Source: Ruditapes philippinarum
Lineage: Eukaryota
Direction: 5' to 3'
Length of the DNA stretch: 56,880 nucleotides
Assembly (NCBI RefSeq): GCF_026571515.1
Contig: NW_026853984.1
Coordinates: 1 to 56,880, forward strand
Below the pieces are notes generated by a model that worked only from the letters and a program-made list of their open reading frames with translations, was not told the origin of the DNA and searched no databases. How positions within the stretch are numbered: the stretch's first letter is position 1; every line of letters begins with the position of its first letter. The translations under genes and the position numbers were made by a program. Of this stretch, positions 53,050 through 56,880 are shown in pieces.

Positions 53050-56000
53050 TACGAGTAATAGTGAATTAAATAATAAACAACTTATCCGAGAATATATTCT
53101 GTTACATACACAACTCATATCAATTCATTTTACCATTTTTAATATTTAGCATTCAATTTGTCTTTGGCAATAGCTGACAAAGTACAATTTATACTACATA
53201 AACAAAACATTTTCATTAAAATACAAGTTATATCTGCAACGCTCCAACTTTGTTTCATATTCTTTGCAGAAGCAATGTCATTGTTATATTGAAATATAAG
53301 GAATAATAAATTGAATGATGAACGAGTCTGAGAGAGTTTAAATTGTGGAATCATATCATTTATCACTTAAGTGATTGAATTTTTAGGCAGAGACATGAAT
53401 GACATATATGTTAAATTTATATATGAAAAATGAGTTATGTACTTGTATTGAATTGTGTTACTGAATATGTCTTTTTAATAATGGAATAAACTTGGGGAAG
53501 CTAAAGTTACTGTTTCTTTCTGTTACAAAAACTACAAAATACAATAATGTCAGATGATATAATTTCAAAAAAATTCTTAACATCGCTTTTGTTTCTAGGG
53601 TTTTCATAACTATCTGAAACATTGTACACTAGATGCAATTTTGTTTTTCACTTATCCTGTCGTTTTGTTTTAAGCATTGTATTCCCAAAGGTTTAATTGC
53701 CTAAAATGAATTCATTGGCACCATCTTCACAAACAGAAAATATTCTGTATCCGCAAAGTGGATCACAGAATTCGTTTATTCCATTGTTTCCTTTTGGTGT
53801 CTTTTTTAATGAATGGAGAATTAACAATCAATCATGTTTATTGTAAATTTCAATTATTTCACATCTGGATTGTAATAAACATTACTTAGATTAAAAAAGT
53901 TAGGACACTCATTAACGAGAACAGTTATTCCTTTTCTACTGTATTTCTGTTACAGCCTTAACTTGCTTTTATTTCTGTTTGTTAAAATTAATTGAATAAT
54001 GAACGAGTGTGAACTATGTCAGTTGCAATAAATCAAATGAGTCTGAGATAGTTTAAATTGTTGGAACATCATTTGTATAGGTGATACAAATTTCATACAG
54101 GGATATGAACAGATATATCAGGTTTATAATGTAACTTTGTAGGCGCAATAATCATGTATGTGTATATTGTAGAAGTGTATATATGACTTTGATTTTGCCA
54201 ATAAAAGTCCTTCGGGGAAGTTGCATTGTGATCTGAGTTACAGGCTGCTTTTAAGTTTAATTGCTATCAATTATAGAATAGAAAAAAAGGGGTCTCTTAA
54301 AGTTATAATTGAAAAATGAAATTACTCATATCAAAATAGAGAAAAACAGAACTCCTTAAGAATGGCCAACATTGCAAAATTGAAATATTGCAGGCTCGGT
54401 TTGATTGAGCATGTTCATTGACGGTACTGGAAAGTGCAAGTTACCGTCCATGCGCCCTGGCACCGACTTGGGTAGAATTCAACATTTAAACACGAAATTG
54501 GTGATTTTTTTAAATTTAGATACATCCGCAGATGTGTTCATACGGCGGTTATCCTGGAATCTTCAATGTGACACAGTAGTGCTATTCCATGAAAATCGAA
54601 GTATAGTCCCTAAGTAAAAAATGTGTGTGCGCTAAACAAGAAAACAATGGGAGGTAATATATAAAGAATGGAATTTTGAAAGGAGATCTGAGGTTATGAA
54701 GCCTGCATATCAGAGACAAGACGTCAATAGACAAATTGAAAAGGCAGGCAACATATCCTAAGTGTGATTATACAGTATTCAAGCAGGAATGCTGGAAAAA
54801 CCCAAGTTCTAAGAGCCAAATAGAAGAAACTCAAAATACCACATAACATGTACACACAACAATAATGCTGAATAATCTCCATGGATCGAAAATAAAACAT
54901 CTTTGATTGAATGTACTGGGAGACCTTTTACAGCCGCCACACGGCAGGAATAACACTGCTGTGACAATAAATAGGGAAAAACAGACTAAATCATCCCTAA
55001 AGACATAGTATTCCTCAGAATCAAATACATTTTTACTTCTTTAGATAAAGAAACATAACTCTTATAATGTTTAAACAATGGTTCTGGAGAATATTTAGAT
55101 GCTTGCTTCGTGAACAAAATAGCCGTATATGTGAAATAATTTGTCATAAAAGTAGCAAGTAGAAAAATGTAAACAAAGTAGTATTTTGACTTCCATACAA
55201 AGTACTAATTAACTATAAATGTACGTATTGTCAGAAATCAATAGATGAAAAAGATGGTCCAGGTAACTGACCAATGGATTACTTTAAATTGTACATTGTA
55301 AAGCTCCACTTTTACTAAAACCTTAGTTATTTTATTTTAGGCTTTTATTTAAAGTGCATATATTCATAGTAATTTATATCGTCGTCGTTAAATAAATTTG
55401 ATGTCTTTAAGCTATTAATACGAAATGTGTTAAATGCATCTATGATGACGACCATTATTATATCCTGACTTCATATTCGTATTTTAATGTTCTTGTTTTC
55501 TATATTACACAATATTGCTTGAATAGTGTCTGTAATAGTAGTGGTAGTAATGCAAGTATGCTGCAGAGAAGTACAAATTTAATTAAAGTCAGAAAGAGTG
55601 CTTCTGATAGAAGAAATGGTTACTGGCGTATTGTTCAATTTCTATAAATCATTTATAATTAATATAAAATGCATTGTCTTGCGCTGGTATTGTCGACCTA
55701 ACATTAACAGCCAGAGTATGTTTTAGTCTCATAATGTTTCTGTTGCTTTCTGGCGATATTATTGTTTCAATTTTTAGTGTAACAGTTGGAGGCAAGTACG
55801 ATTGTACAGTAGGCTGTCATATGAATTTTTTCAGTTTTTATAGAAATTTCTATCCAAATGGTTCAGTATCCTTGGAATTTTATGTCATTACGCTCTGTTG
55901 TAACTGTCACAACTGCAAGTCTAAAAGATAAAACTGATTTTACTCGGTACTACTCGGCCTTCGGCCAAAAACATATTTCAACGAAGGAAATATGAGTATC

Positions 56001-56880
56001 TAGCCAGAAATATTTTATGACGTGATGAAAAATATATTGTGTAGATGCGTCTAAATCCAGACTTCCTTGTTAAAAAAAACCTGTTCCAATACCTTGGCAT
56101 TAAGGTTTTGTGAGAGAAATATTGTAGTCATGCAATTCTCCACTTTGTGAGAATGTAACTGTTTAATGTGACTTAAACAGAGAACAATTATGACTTGGAA
56201 AAAACACATCTTGTAACTTCTAATGCATTTTGCCTGTTTGGTCTAGAAAGTACAATTTTATTATGTATACAAAATTGATCCTATAAATGTTTCGTTTGTT
56301 GCTATATCTATAACGTTCACTCCTATTGATCCTTATAGGATATTTTACATTCTAAGATACTGAACATAAATGATATGTTCGAAATAAAATGAAATATATT
56401 TTTAGATGTTTTCGTGACAAATAAAAGAAATAATAATAAAGAATAATAAAACTTTTTTTATAAATATTTTTCTGTGCAAATGTACCTTTTAGCATAAGGT
56501 TATTAGGTGTGTAAAATCTATGTAGTTAAAGGTGACACACTATTTACGATTCTTCGAACGAATACATATGATCAAAATATTACACTGTCTATTTATCATT
56601 GTCTTAGATTATGATTTATTAGTATCTCTTATACACACAGGAAGTGTAATCTTTCAACGGAATGGATCACTAAATTCAATATTGCAATTGATTAACCAAA
56701 TGCAGTAAGTAAATAGCCTAACATGTACTGCGCAAATAAGCTCACATTGTATTTAGTCCGTTTGTTTACTGGTTTTATCCTTATTCCACGATTGATTTTG
56801 TCAAAGACAATTTTTGTACGCTGCATGATAGAAAAAAACTTAATAAAAATAGAACATTTTTGAAAAATGTTTAGATATTA
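53050..56880 (+). pseudogene. Best-preserved decayed family gene copy (tandem units, RLGLIE segment, central unit, Cys-rich segment, C-terminal unit); runs off the window
   Basis: Protein-like + frames: NKSPSGKLHCDLSYRLLLSLIAI..KYCRLGLIEHVH*RYWKVQV..TSADVFIRRLSWNLQCDTVVLFHE..WEVIYKEWNFERRSEVMKPAYQRQDV. ORF 55674. HCLFIIVLDYD (His 56583) to AQISSHC (Gln 56733, Cys 56748) lie in one frame with one stop. Confidence 0.7.

Larger units (their letters stand above)
6850..56880 (+). repeat. Nested tandem segmental duplication, ~4 blocks (A ~6.9-21.1 kb, B ~22.0-32.6 kb, C ~33.4-43.0 kb, D ~43.0-56.9 kb)
   Basis: Matching ORF pairs from the track: 8533/36024 and 9231/36721 (offset ~27.49 kb), 11828/26717 (14.9 kb), 14425/29853 (15.4 kb), 17491/52571 and 17976/53139 (~35.1 kb), 22126/33522. 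Confidence 0.95.

Overview
AT-rich eukaryotic DNA, most likely from a bivalve mollusc (inferred from the MITE and LINE types). There is no intact protein-coding gene, rRNA, tRNA or CRISPR array, and most short ORFs in the supplied track are fragments or antisense shadows. The window is a nested, mosaic segmental-duplication array: about four related 11-16 kb blocks, with matching ORFs offset by 14.9-15.4, 27.5 and 35.1 kb. Comparing the copies codon by codon shows that most of the DNA is the decayed remains of one family of very long, apparently intron-free reading frames, mostly on + with deeply diverged paralogs on -. The inferred ancestral protein had a repeated ~250-280 aa unit (motifs ESLNC, VGVTxMYLSF, LGKLKL, EYxNVxWNHSK), an RLGLIExVH segment and further units. 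Several units show the motif order His + hydrophobic strand ... Q-x4/5-C + hydrophobic helix, as in clan CE (Ulp1/SENP, peptidase C48) cysteine proteases; this assignment is an inference. The array is interrupted by CR1/L2-type LINE 3' fragments, several MITE-like insertions (some with empty sites in sister copies), a mariner transposase scrap and a 40-bp minisatellite that expanded from a monomer in one copy. About 42.4-48.9 kb looks like unpolished, error-rich long-read sequence. Boundaries of the decayed features are approximate (roughly +/-50 bp).
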